Both the position numbers and the translations under genes were made by a program. Below, piece after piece: positions 49,141 through 58,220 of a stretch of 64,000 bases of DNA; within the stretch, counting starts at the first letter, position 1, and each line of letters begins with the position of its first letter. A model generated the notes under the pieces. The model was not told the DNA's origin. It did not search any database and was given only the letters and a program-made list of their open reading frames with translations. The stretch is from contig JAMCPX010000047.1 in NCBI GenBank assembly GCA_023382265.1, forward strand, positions 25,310 to 89,309, written 5' to 3'. Origin of the DNA: Deltaproteobacteria bacterium (GTDB lineage Bacteria > JAMCPX01).

Positions 49141-49389
49141 TTACAGATTATTAATAAAAGTGGTTGCCTGATTGTTCATAATATCCTGGCTTGCGGCAAG
49201 CACCATGCCCCAGTGTGCATCGCAACTGTTCGGATTAGCTTTTAGTGCTTGAGAGAATTGTACCAAAGCATCCTGCGGCGAGCTATTCAAAATCGCATTT
49301 TTACCGGTATTGATAAGAGGCGAGATATCGACTGATTTATGGGCATTGCCGCACTCTGCGAACAACACCATGATACCGGAAACAATCAT
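49141..49389 (-). CDS. Small TPR-like hypothetical protein
   Basis: Start set at internal Met (MIVSGIM) to avoid overlap with upstream gene; 'ALVQFSQALKANPNSCDAHWGMVLAASQ' looks like one TPR hairpin. Confidence 0.3.
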   Translation of the reverse strand: MIVSGIMVLFAECGNAHKSVDISPLINTGKNAILNSSPQDALVQFSQALKANPNSCDAHWGMVLAASQDIMNNQATTFINNL

Positions 49390-49420
49390 TTCTCTTGTCT
49401 TTATCTTTATAAAACCTCCT

Positions 49421-50605
49421 CTATGGGTATATCTTGGTGTATTCCACTGTACCGGTTGGTGACAACGACATATTATAGCCTTCTGTTGTAAATGTATATC
49501 CACCAAGGGTATAAAGATAGCCATTATACTGCACAAACTGCACACCTGCCATAGTAGCAAAAGGAGCACCTAAATTTGTTGACATACTTGGTATCCATTT
49601 ATTTAATGAGTCGTCTGTATTTATCTGAATCCTTTGAACACCATCGAAAAATGAAAGTGTGGAAGAGGAGAACTCATACATGCCATATAAAACATACAGC
49701 CAGTTATTATATGTTGCTGCCCCAATTATGGAAACAGGATTTATTGTTAATGGGGCATTTGTGTCGGTAATCCAGTCTCCTACAGAGCCATCAACTCCAA
49801 TTGCTGCATAAGATGGGGATGATAGTGGAATCAACGAAGAATAGAATGAGCCTGATGATGAAGTTGAAGGGAATAGAGCTGCCAACCCTCCACCCAATAG
49901 ATAAATCCTGTTACCTATTGCAATACTTGTTACGCCATAAGGTATTGTTATTGTAGGGGATACGGCCATCCATGGGGTAAATGGGATGGATGTATCAGAG
50001 ATCCATGAGCCTAAAGAACCATCCTGATTTATCATGCAGTGAGATGTCTTTAATAAAGCCTGCGAAGACTGTGCGGATAAACATGATATCGTATACGCAT
50101 TATTAAAATTACATAGAGGGGCAATTTCATACATCCATTTATCTGAAATAAGTAGTATAGTTGATTGTGTACAAGGTGAAATAGGCAGTGTTGAAACTGT
50201 TTGCCATACACCAAGACTGTGATCCGACTGGATATCTGTCTTTAGAATATCACCATTGGTAAAGTTTACCGCATATAGATAATTATTGTATTGTAACAGG
50301 GCTTGATAGCTACCCGTCGGTAATAATGAGGTATCGCTTATCCATTGTCCAATATCGCCATCTGATAATATTGGCGCCCTTACTGTTGTATTTTCTGAAA
50401 AACTTACTGCATACATCCAGCCATTATATTCTATTGCTCTAAAAGGAATACCTGTATCGTTTATTGGCACAGAGGATGATGCAAACTGCCACTGTCCAAG
50501 ATGACCTGGACCCGTATCAGATGTAACCTTTACACCAGATGTATATGATGTACAGCTACTGAGGAGCAGGAGTAAACATGTTAATAATTGTAAGTAAGTC
50601 TTCAT
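49421..50605 (-). CDS. Kelch-like six-bladed beta-propeller lipoprotein
   Basis: Lipobox 'LLLSSC'; six repeats of 'NxY(L/M)Y(A/V/L)..GG...D.S(L/V)G.W(I/Q)(S/T)DT'. Confidence 0.55.
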   Translation of the reverse strand: MKTYLQLLTCLLLLLSSCTSYTSGVKVTSDTGPGHLGQWQFASSSVPINDTGIPFRAIEYNGWMYAVSFSENTTVRAPILSDGDIGQWISDTSLLPTGSYQALLQYNNYLYAVNFTNGDILKTDIQSDHSLGVWQTVSTLPISPCTQSTILLISDKWMYEIAPLCNFNNAYTISCLSAQSSQALLKTSHCMINQDGSLGSWISDTSIPFTPWMAVSPTITIPYGVTSIAIGNRIYLLGGGLAALFPSTSSSGSFYSSLIPLSSPSYAAIGVDGSVGDWITDTNAPLTINPVSIIGAATYNNWLYVLYGMYEFSSSTLSFFDGVQRIQINTDDSLNKWIPSMSTNLGAPFATMAGVQFVQYNGYLYTLGGYTFTTEGYNMSLSPTGTVEYTKIYP

Positions 50606-50635
50606 AAGATTGTCCTCCTTATAATAATTATATAC

Positions 50636-52384
50636 TTATTTCACCCAAAGTTGAAGCCTGTCATATATACCAATAGCTTTTCCATGAGCATTAAACGGCA
50701 TTGGCGACCCATGGATAAGCGTTTTTATTCCAAGCCCAAGCGGAAGATTTGCATATTCCATAAGTAATGATTTTACATAATCCAGCACCTCTCCTAATTG
50801 GGGACTTGCATACCTATGGATAAAATCAATGAAATAAATAATCGTGTTGACTTCATCTCTGGTAAACACTTTGTTTGCCAGTTGCGGTGGAAGTTTTCCG
50901 TTATTTGTAAGGAGCGCTTTTACTATAGGGAGGTATTGTGTTATTAGCTCCCTTGCCTGTCCTATAAGTTGTGGATGTTCTAACATTATTTTTGTGATCT
51001 CAGGGCTGTATTCGTAATAAAGTGCTACAAGTAATTCCCCTTCATATCCTTTAGATAAAACACGATCCCTGAAGCTTCTTATTAATGGAATATTGGTTTC
51101 TAAAGAAGTTCCCCTTAGAGCTGCGGTCACAAAGCAGCAACTGTTTGAATAAGGATTAGTTCCTGTTACATTTATGGTAGTAGAGGTAAACATAGTAAAA
51201 TTCATTTCCGGACATGACTGATCACCAGGTAAATCATCATAGAGTAGTGCAACCAATAGTGGATATGAAACAGTGCATTCACTAACTGGAGCTGTTATTG
51301 GCAATGAAATACTTGTTTGATCAGAACCGCTTGGATATGGTGTTAAGGAATAGTTCCAAGAGCTATAATTGTTATAGATAGACCCATAATAGTTGTTATA
51401 TGGATATATTAGAGGGAAGACATCCGGATTAGAATAATTACCGAAATTATTAAGCCCTGCTACATGAAAAAGATAGTCAGGATTGTAAAAAGATTCTAAT
51501 CGTGGTGAGACATTTTCTATTGTAATATTAAGGTTTGTAGATTGCCCTGCTTGCAGGTTTGTTGGTTGAAGTGTAAACTGTGCGGTTGAATAAAGGGGCG
51601 CATAAGTTTCATTTGAAACAAGAAAGGGATCGTTAAAGATGTATAACAATACTTCCTTAAATGGAACTTCAAAGTAACCCACAGAAGTAGATATGCCTAA
51701 TAATCTATTTCCATTTAATAAATCTTGTACATTACTTTTTATATCATCATCTATTATTGGACAAGGACCCGCGTCATCAATAGTAGGGTTACCGGTAACT
51801 GAACAATGACTTCTGTAAACATTTACTGTTATATGTGTAAAATTTAAACCAAGTGTTGCAACCGAAAGATTTGAAGGTGGTTGAATAACAGTAGTAGTCA
51901 TATATACATCTGCTACAACACTCCCTACATAGTTAACTGATAGAGTTTCATATTGGCAATTGAGCGGATCTACATAGCGTATGTGCCCTGTTGTTTGAGT
52001 AATATTTAAGGTTAGGTGGAGGTGAATACTCTGGATAGGTGATACCCACGTCGTTATATAATTCATAGTGATAGAGGGAATATTACCATAGACCGTTATA
52101 CCATTGGAATTACCATTACACGCAGTTGATCCTGATAGTAGATTACATTCACATAGGTATGAGAAGCCAAATGATCCAGTAGTAGTAGGGAAGATAGCAT
52201 TGCTGTGTATATTTTGTAGTATCACTGAGCTTGCTCTATTTAGGACCACTTGTGGTAACTGACACTGGGAAGCAGGGTAATCAGCTTTTACATTATTGGT
52301 AATAATAAAACTTATACCCAACAAATTTATTATTAAAAACCTCTTTAATATTTTCTTAACATCCTCCTTTGTAAATTTTATCAC
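50636..52384 (-). CDS. Large secreted Asn/Tyr/Thr-rich protein with conserved C-terminal 'CCFVTAALRG...LIRSFRD' domain
   Basis: Signal peptide; ~400-aa low-complexity beta-rich region; C-terminal ~170 aa resembles the 'CFxxTAAxGS...LRxFRD' cassette seen at C-termini of some secreted proteins (recalled from memory). Confidence 0.5.
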   Translation of the reverse strand: MIKFTKEDVKKILKRFLIINLLGISFIITNNVKADYPASQCQLPQVVLNRASSVILQNIHSNAIFPTTTGSFGFSYLCECNLLSGSTACNGNSNGITVYGNIPSITMNYITTWVSPIQSIHLHLTLNITQTTGHIRYVDPLNCQYETLSVNYVGSVVADVYMTTTVIQPPSNLSVATLGLNFTHITVNVYRSHCSVTGNPTIDDAGPCPIIDDDIKSNVQDLLNGNRLLGISTSVGYFEVPFKEVLLYIFNDPFLVSNETYAPLYSTAQFTLQPTNLQAGQSTNLNITIENVSPRLESFYNPDYLFHVAGLNNFGNYSNPDVFPLIYPYNNYYGSIYNNYSSWNYSLTPYPSGSDQTSISLPITAPVSECTVSYPLLVALLYDDLPGDQSCPEMNFTMFTSTTINVTGTNPYSNSCCFVTAALRGTSLETNIPLIRSFRDRVLSKGYEGELLVALYYEYSPEITKIMLEHPQLIGQARELITQYLPIVKALLTNNGKLPPQLANKVFTRDEVNTIIYFIDFIHRYASPQLGEVLDYVKSLLMEYANLPLGLGIKTLIHGSPMPFNAHGKAIGIYDRLQLWVK

Positions 52385-52523
52385 TACTGTCCCAACGTTT
52401 AATTATCAAAACACAATAACATATTGAAGTCAATAGATAAATTGACAAAAATAATTTTTATCGATTTGAACTTGAAAATACTTTTAAGCCATACTTTTGT
52501 AGCAATACAAAAGGAGACGGCTT

Positions 52524-52930
52524 ATGAATACAGGAGCAACTGTTTTTTCTCAGCTTATGGATTTTATTCCAAGTTATAAGTTTCACAAATGTGTAGAACG
52601 GTACGGCGGCAATTACAAAGTAAAAAGTTTTTCATGTTGGGATCAATATCTATGCATGGCATTTGTCCAACTTACATTTCGGGAAAGTCTGCGGGATATT
52701 GAAACATGCCTGCGGGTAACATAGCATAAACTTTATCACATGGGAATACGAGGTAAAGTTGCGCGAAACACTTTGGCTCATGCCAATGAAACAAGAGACT
52801 GGCGTATCTATGCTGATTTTGCCAAAGTACTTATTCATACCGCAAGAGCCTTGTATGCCAATGATGATTTCGGACTGGAACTCAAACAAACAACCTATAC
52901 TCTGTGACGTTCCCCCCGAAAACCAGAGCA
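52524..52930 (+). pseudogene. IS4-family transposase remnant (N-terminal DUF4372-like + start of DDE domain) with in-frame TAG at 52722
   Basis: 'FSQLMDFIP..FHKCVERYGGNYKVKSFSCWDQYLCMAFVQLTFRESLRDIE' then, after TAG, same frame continues 'GIRGKVARNTLAHANETRDWRIY...TTYTL'; interrupted by the IS3 element at 52905. Confidence 0.7.
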
Positions 52931-52979
52931 CTTGCTCTTAGAGTCTCCAGTTAGTAAAAGATAGCAAAAGGAGGCAAAG

Positions 52980-53246
52980 ATGCAAGCAAAAAGGTATACC
53001 GAGGAACAAATAATACGTGTTCTTGAGGAAGAGCGAGCCGGGGCAAAGGTCATGGATCTGTGCCGTAAATACGGGATGAGCGATGCGACGTTTTACAACT
53101 GGAAAGCGAAATACTCCGGCATGACGGTCAGCGATCTGCGCAGACTGAAATTCCTGGAGGAAGAGAATCGCAAACTAAAGCGCATTGTAGCGGATCAGGC
53201 ATTGGATATTGCGGCACTCAAGGGAATAAACTCAAAAAACTGGTAA
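52980..53246 (+). CDS. IS3 transposase OrfA (HTH)
   Basis: '[46 protein letters not shown]' leucine-zipper/HTH typical of IS3 OrfA. Confidence 0.9.
   Translation: MQAKRYTEEQIIRVLEEERAGAKVMDLCRKYGMSDATFYNWKAKYSGMTVSDLRRLKFLEEENRKLKRIVADQALDIAALKGINSKNW
53234..53240 (+). promoter_or_regulatory. Programmed -1 ribosomal frameshift heptamer A AAA AAC
   Basis: Located 6 nt before the orfA stop; the -1 frame reads [17 protein letters not shown] into orfB. Confidence 0.8.
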
Positions 53247-53269
53247 AGCCCAAGGTCAAGCGAGCAGCA

Positions 53270-54106
53270 GTGGATTATGTGGTAAGAGGCTTTGGGCTGA
53301 GTAAACGAAGGGCGTTACAACTGGTACATTTATGCTGGGCCAGTTATATATACCGTAGGAAAGACAAGGGGGACGATGCGTTACGCAAGCGTATGCATGA
53401 AATTGCGCAACATCGACGGAGGTTGGGTTCGCCCCGCATCTATACCCTGTTAAGAAGAGAGGGATGGAAAATGAATCATAAGAAGGTAGATCGGCTGTAT
53501 AAGGAAGAGAAGCTGTCATTGAGGCTGCGGAAACGTAAACGGCTGCCGGCACGGCAGCGGATATCCCTTACGGTTCCAAACGCACCGAATAAGTGCTGGT
53601 CCATGGATTTTGTATCAGACAGCATTGCACAGGGGCGAAGATTCCGTGTTTTAAACATCGTTGATGATTACACGAAGGAAAGTCCTGCTATGGAGGTAGA
53701 TACGTCTCTTGGAGGTGTTCGAGTAGCGCAGGTTTTAGAGAGGTTAAAGCAAACCAGAGGATTGTCTGATAGAATCAGAACTGACAATGGTCCTGAATTT
53801 ATCAGCCGTGCACTGGATGAATGGGCATATCAGAACGGGGTGAAGCTGGACTTCATAGAACCGGGCAAGCCTATGGAGAATGCTTTTATAGAAAGCTTTA
53901 ATGGGCGGTTCCGGGATGAATGCCTGAACGAGAACTGGTTTATGACGCTTCAGGAAGCCAGGGAGATCATTGAGCATTGGCGGATTGATTACAATCAGAA
54001 CCGGCCACACGGCTCCTTAGAAGGACTTACACCGGATGAATTTGCAAGAAAGCACGAAATAATGGTAAGGAATAGTCAGGAAACTCTAATTCAAGGTGCT
54101 CTATAA
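53270..54106 (+). CDS. IS3 transposase OrfB (DDE integrase core, rve)
   Basis: 'WSMDFVSD', 'IRTDNGPEF', 'E' of the DDE triad, 'RPH' C-terminal motif; expressed as an OrfAB transframe fusion. Confidence 0.9.
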   Translation: MDYVVRGFGLSKRRALQLVHLCWASYIYRRKDKGDDALRKRMHEIAQHRRRLGSPRIYTLLRREGWKMNHKKVDRLYKEEKLSLRLRKRKRLPARQRISLTVPNAPNKCWSMDFVSDSIAQGRRFRVLNIVDDYTKESPAMEVDTSLGGVRVAQVLERLKQTRGLSDRIRTDNGPEFISRALDEWAYQNGVKLDFIEPGKPMENAFIESFNGRFRDECLNENWFMTLQEAREIIEHWRIDYNQNRPHGSLEGLTPDEFARKHEIMVRNSQETLIQGAL

Positions 54107-54121
54107 AATGGGGGAAGGTCA

Positions 54122-54300
54122 TAGAGAACAATAGACAGCTAATCTTTTTAAGCAACAATTTTACATTACCAGCCTTGACCTTTGCTCAACTGTATAAATG
54201 TCGTTGGCAGATAGAATTGTTTTTCAAACGGATAAAACAACATCTGAGAATCAAGACTTTTTACGGAAACAGTGGCAATGCAGCCTTTAGTCTTTTTTAA
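54122..54300 (+). pseudogene. IS4-family transposase C-terminal remnant
   Basis: 'ALTFAQLYKCRWQIELFFKRIKQHLRIKTFYGNSGNAAFSLF*' (characteristic YxxRWxIExxFKxxKQ tail); ~200 aa of the DDE core between the two fragments is missing. Confidence 0.65.
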
Positions 54301-54319
54301 ATGCATTCTTTGGGTTAGC

Positions 54320-55891
54320 TTATTCATAGTTTGTGTAATCAAGCCAATTAAAGATGTTATCTTTTGATTCTGTCTCATTAAGGAATTCCGGGTCAATGCT
54401 GTTATTGGTTATTTGTTCATAGAGGTACGTGAACCTTGATATGTGAGAGATAAATCTTTTTTTTGCATAATTCACATTCGTGCCTGAGTTCATGATAAAA
54501 GGCCAATCACTACTCTGGACGAGTAACAGCTCTCTTAATGCCTGATTGATTGCCCTGTGTTTTACCGGAGATGCCTTTTTGATTCTTATGAGTGTCTTCA
54601 TACGGTCCTGTGCCATATGAAGATGTTTGTATATCCAATCATTCGTTCCGTTAAGCCATACCTCATGATAACCTTTATCCCCCCAGCTTGATTGAGCAGG
54701 CTGAGCGATCTGGTTTTCAGTATACTCTTTTAAATAAATGGGCGGAGAGATTGATTTAACGCGATCATTTATTGCGTGAAGTTTTCTAAAAACATGCTCG
54801 AGAAACTCGGGGCCTTCAAACCACCAGTGCCCAAACAGCTCCGCATCATAAGTGGATACTATTATAGGCTTTCTGTCCATAATGCTTGATAGATACTCAA
54901 TATGTTTCTCCCTGTTGAAAACAAAATTACCCGCATGTATCTCTGTTTTTTTAGATGCCCATTCCGGATTGTACGGCTCTTTTTGATCTGTAGGACCCGT
55001 GATCCTGTAATACTTTATTCCAAGGTTTGATCTCGAGCCGTCACTGTGCAGGTACGGCTTGATATAATCAAAATCCAGATCATATCCAACATCCCTATAA
55101 AATTCCCTGTAGTCATTATCCCCCGGATAGCCCTCTTTTGCACTCCATACCTGTTTTGCCGACTGATGATCCCTTCCAAAGAAGCATACACCCGTTTCCG
55201 CGCATATGGGTGCATAAACGCCGTACACGGGCTGAATAGACGCATTGAGCAATCCATGTGCGTCAAGGAATGTATACCCGATACCGCTTTTGGCTAAAAG
55301 GCTGTCAACCCCCTCTATATAAGCGTTCTCCGGCAGCCAGAATCCAGACGGCTTTAAACCAAACCAATGCTTGTACGTATCGACGCCAATACGAATCTGA
55401 TTATCCTTCCACGGATCGTCAATAATCAGCGGCAGGTATGCGTGTGTTGCACATGAAGCTAGTACATCAACAGCTCCTGCATCAATAAACTCCTTGAATC
55501 CTGAGACTATGTCTCCTCTATACCTTTTCTCAAATACATCCATGTAATGTTTGAATCTATCATAATACATCCTCGCGAGTTGATTAAAGTCTGGATCCTT
55601 TTGGGTACGTATAATCTCTTTTTCGCTTAGCTCTATAAGTTTTGAAAGATGATGCTTGTATCTTTTCATAAGCAGTTCATCTTTCAGCATCTCCATTAAT
55701 GTAGGGGTAAGACTAATAGTTATGTGAAATTTAATGTTATCGTTAAGCATTCGATCAAATGCATCAAGCAGGGGAAGGTATGTTTCTGTTATTGCTTCAT
55801 AAAGCCAATCTTCTTCAAGAAAATCATTATACTCAGGATGTCTTACATAAGGCAGATGTGAATGAAGCACAATGGCTAAATAACCATTCAT
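54320..55891 (-). CDS. Glycoside hydrolase family 57 protein (probable alpha-1,4-glucan branching enzyme)
   Basis: 'MNGYLAIVLHSHLPYVRHPE' GH57 N-terminal signature; 523 aa. Confidence 0.85.
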   Translation of the reverse strand: MNGYLAIVLHSHLPYVRHPEYNDFLEEDWLYEAITETYLPLLDAFDRMLNDNIKFHITISLTPTLMEMLKDELLMKRYKHHLSKLIELSEKEIIRTQKDPDFNQLARMYYDRFKHYMDVFEKRYRGDIVSGFKEFIDAGAVDVLASCATHAYLPLIIDDPWKDNQIRIGVDTYKHWFGLKPSGFWLPENAYIEGVDSLLAKSGIGYTFLDAHGLLNASIQPVYGVYAPICAETGVCFFGRDHQSAKQVWSAKEGYPGDNDYREFYRDVGYDLDFDYIKPYLHSDGSRSNLGIKYYRITGPTDQKEPYNPEWASKKTEIHAGNFVFNREKHIEYLSSIMDRKPIIVSTYDAELFGHWWFEGPEFLEHVFRKLHAINDRVKSISPPIYLKEYTENQIAQPAQSSWGDKGYHEVWLNGTNDWIYKHLHMAQDRMKTLIRIKKASPVKHRAINQALRELLLVQSSDWPFIMNSGTNVNYAKKRFISHISRFTYLYEQITNNSIDPEFLNETESKDNIFNWLDYTNYE

Positions 55892-56544
55892 CTTTTTCTT
55901 GATGTGATTTGCTCTATTTTTGCAGGGTTTGAATGTTTAAAACTATCATAAGCTTCTGCAAATGGTGTGTTCTGGCTATCAGGCAAACCGATATCCTTAT
56001 ACTTGATTGCAGAAGGCCACGCGTTTGGTGTCCTGATCGGGTTTGAAGTTGCTATAAGACTGAAGTCACCGCTGCCGTTTATATATCCGATCTCTGCTTT
56101 AAATGTCTCTCCCGGCTCCGGAACATTTACGTACCAGCTGCTTGCATCTCCAATACTTATATTTGTGTACAGTTGCCCTTTTTTATAAACCCTTAGCAGC
56201 AAATGTTTATTCGTATATTTGTGTTTATCGATTACCCAGTATGCAAAAAACCACCATGGGTCCCTTGGCATCAACACAAGTCTTGTCTCATTATCATATT
56301 CTGGCAGTTTTTCTTCATAGGTAATCTTACGTTTAGTTGCAGTGGATTGCTTACGCAAAACCTTATCGGCACTTTTAGCAGCTTTCTTTTTGAGTGTTAA
56401 AGAGATGGCCATTGATTTCCCTGATTTAACAATGGCCTTTATGATCTCATCTTTAGACATTGTCCTTATAAGGCTAACGTGTTTTTCCTTTGCAAGCTTT
56501 CTAAGCGTTATTATGGTCAGTTTTTTAAGCTCTTTTGTATTCAT
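55888..56544 (-). CDS. DUF4912-like protein (Rho-N-like N-terminus), GH57-associated
   Basis: 'LMPRDPWWFFAYW' motif; 4-bp overlap with the GH57 gene. Confidence 0.5.
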   Translation of the reverse strand: MNTKELKKLTIITLRKLAKEKHVSLIRTMSKDEIIKAIVKSGKSMAISLTLKKKAAKSADKVLRKQSTATKRKITYEEKLPEYDNETRLVLMPRDPWWFFAYWVIDKHKYTNKHLLLRVYKKGQLYTNISIGDASSWYVNVPEPGETFKAEIGYINGSGDFSLIATSNPIRTPNAWPSAIKYKDIGLPDSQNTPFAEAYDSFKHSNPAKIEQITSRKR

Positions 56545-56855
56545 GTAATGAGCATACTATTTTAAAAAAATATTACAATGGTTTTATGCATTTACATAAA
56601 TGACGTGACTCCACATGCAAGCGGGAATCCATATAACGGGCCCTGGGGGTTTTATTTAAACGAGAGCAATATCCTGTTTGCAGCGGATGACGTTTTGATA
56701 CGCGCAAAGACGATTCTTTTTTTGATGAGATTAAGAAATTTTACACATAACTTAGATAAAAAGTTATGCTTTTTCTATTCATAATCCTGGGAGAGGCTTT
56801 TTTTATTGAAGTATCTCCGCATTGCATTTTCCGGATTAAATACTGTTTTAATTTA

Positions 56856-58220
56856 TTAGATATTATATTTTTTCATCCTGTATCTAAGTGTATCCCTTGA
56901 AATAGATAAAGACTTTGCAGCCTTTGTCTGATTCCACCCGGCAAGTTCAAGCGCCTTTAAGATTAGATCTTTTTCTACCTTTTCAAGTTCTAAAGATTCC
57001 GTTTGTATAAAAGGAGGTTTTGGCGAGTAGTCTATGATTTCGACAGGAACATGCTCTTTTCTTAGCAGTTTATCATTAGAAAGCAGAATCATCCTCTCTA
57101 AAACATTTTTTAATTCCCTTATGTTTCCCGGCCACGAGTAATTTGTAAAGTAATCTATCACCTCATTCTCAACAGCCCTGATTTCTTTTTTTAGCTCCTC
57201 GGAGATCGTTTTTATGAAATAGTCTACAAGCAAAGGGATATCATGCTTTCTGTTTCTCAATGGCGGTATAAAAAGCGGCACAACGTTGAGCCTGTAAAAC
57301 AGGTCTTCCCTGAACGCCTTATCATCTACCCTCTTTCTCAGATCGCTGTTTGTTGCAGATATGATTCTTACATCAACGTAGATATCCTTTGTGCCTCCAA
57401 GCCTTCTGAAGTTTTTTGTCTCTATTGCCCTTAACAATTTTGATTGAACAGAAAGCTCAATGTCGCCGATTTCATCGAGAAACAGGGTACCGCTGTTTGC
57501 GAGCTCAAACATGCCCTTTTTTGATGACCTTGCATCTGTAAACGCACCTTTCTCATAACCGAAGAGTTCACTCTCAATAAGCTGTGAAGGTAGTGCAGTG
57601 CAATTGACTGCAACAAACGGCTTTGCCTGTCTCTGTCCTTCCGAATGAATTGCTCTTGCAAAAAGCTCTTTACCTGTCCCGCTTTCACCGTATAGAAGGA
57701 CCGTTGATTGACTATCCGCAATCTTTTTTGCAAAATCGATTACTACCCGTATTGTCTCTGAATCGCCTATTATACTGTTAAAACCATACCGTTTTTTTTC
57801 AGCATCCTTGAATAAACCGAGTTCATCTCTTAGTTTGCTCATCTCCAGTGCCCTGGCTATACTGATTTTTAGCTTTTCCGCATCAAATGGTTTTACAATG
57901 TAATCAAAAGCGCCTGTTTTTATTGCATCAACAGCAGAATCTATGCTCCCATAAGCTGTGATCATTACAACAGGGAGATTTATAAACTCTTTTTTTATTG
58001 TCCTCAGTACCTCAATGCCGTCAATATCCGGAAGCTTCATATCAAGCAGAACAACGTCGGGTACATGCTCTCTTAGTTTTAATAAACCTTCTGCACTCGT
58101 TGATGCACTTATAACCTCGTGTCCTTCTTTTGTTAGAAGTTTTTCGATCGACCATCTTACAAGATTCTCGTCATCTATTATAAGTATCCTGCCCATAGTA
58201 TATCCTTCCTTTTCAGCCAT
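56856..58220 (-). CDS. Sigma-54-dependent response regulator (NtrC family)
   Basis: REC domain, AAA+ 'GESGTGKELFARAIH', 'GAFTDA', C-terminal Fis-type HTH. Confidence 0.9.
   Translation of the reverse strand: MAEKEGYTMGRILIIDDENLVRWSIEKLLTKEGHEVISASTSAEGLLKLREHVPDVVLLDMKLPDIDGIEVLRTIKKEFINLPVVMITAYGSIDSAVDAIKTGAFDYIVKPFDAEKLKISIARALEMSKLRDELGLFKDAEKKRYGFNSIIGDSETIRVVIDFAKKIADSQSTVLLYGESGTGKELFARAIHSEGQRQAKPFVAVNCTALPSQLIESELFGYEKGAFTDARSSKKGMFELANSGTLFLDEIGDIELSVQSKLLRAIETKNFRRLGGTKDIYVDVRIISATNSDLRKRVDDKAFREDLFYRLNVVPLFIPPLRNRKHDIPLLVDYFIKTISEELKKEIRAVENEVIDYFTNYSWPGNIRELKNVLERMILLSNDKLLRKEHVPVEIIDYSPKPPFIQTESLELEKVEKDLILKALELAGWNQTKAAKSLSISRDTLRYRMKKYNI

Larger units (their letters stand above)
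52905..54121 (+). mobile_element. IS3-family insertion sequence (1217 bp) with imperfect ~30-bp terminal inverted repeats
   Basis: IRL TGACGTTCCCCCCGAAAACCAGAGCACTTG vs IRR(rc) TGACCTTCCCCCATTTTATAGAGCACCTTG; contains orfA/orfB. Confidence 0.8.

Noticed and set aside
49141-49569. Long form (142 aa) of the small TPR-like ORF
   Set aside because: Its first 60 aa overlap the 3' end of the propeller lipoprotein gene in another frame and are Leu/Cys-rich low complexity; the internal Met at 49389 gives a non-overlapping 83-aa product
54166-54396. 76-aa minus-strand ORF
   Set aside because: Antisense to the recognisable IS4 transposase C-terminal fragment (RWQIELFFK) and overlapping the GH57 3' end; most likely spurious
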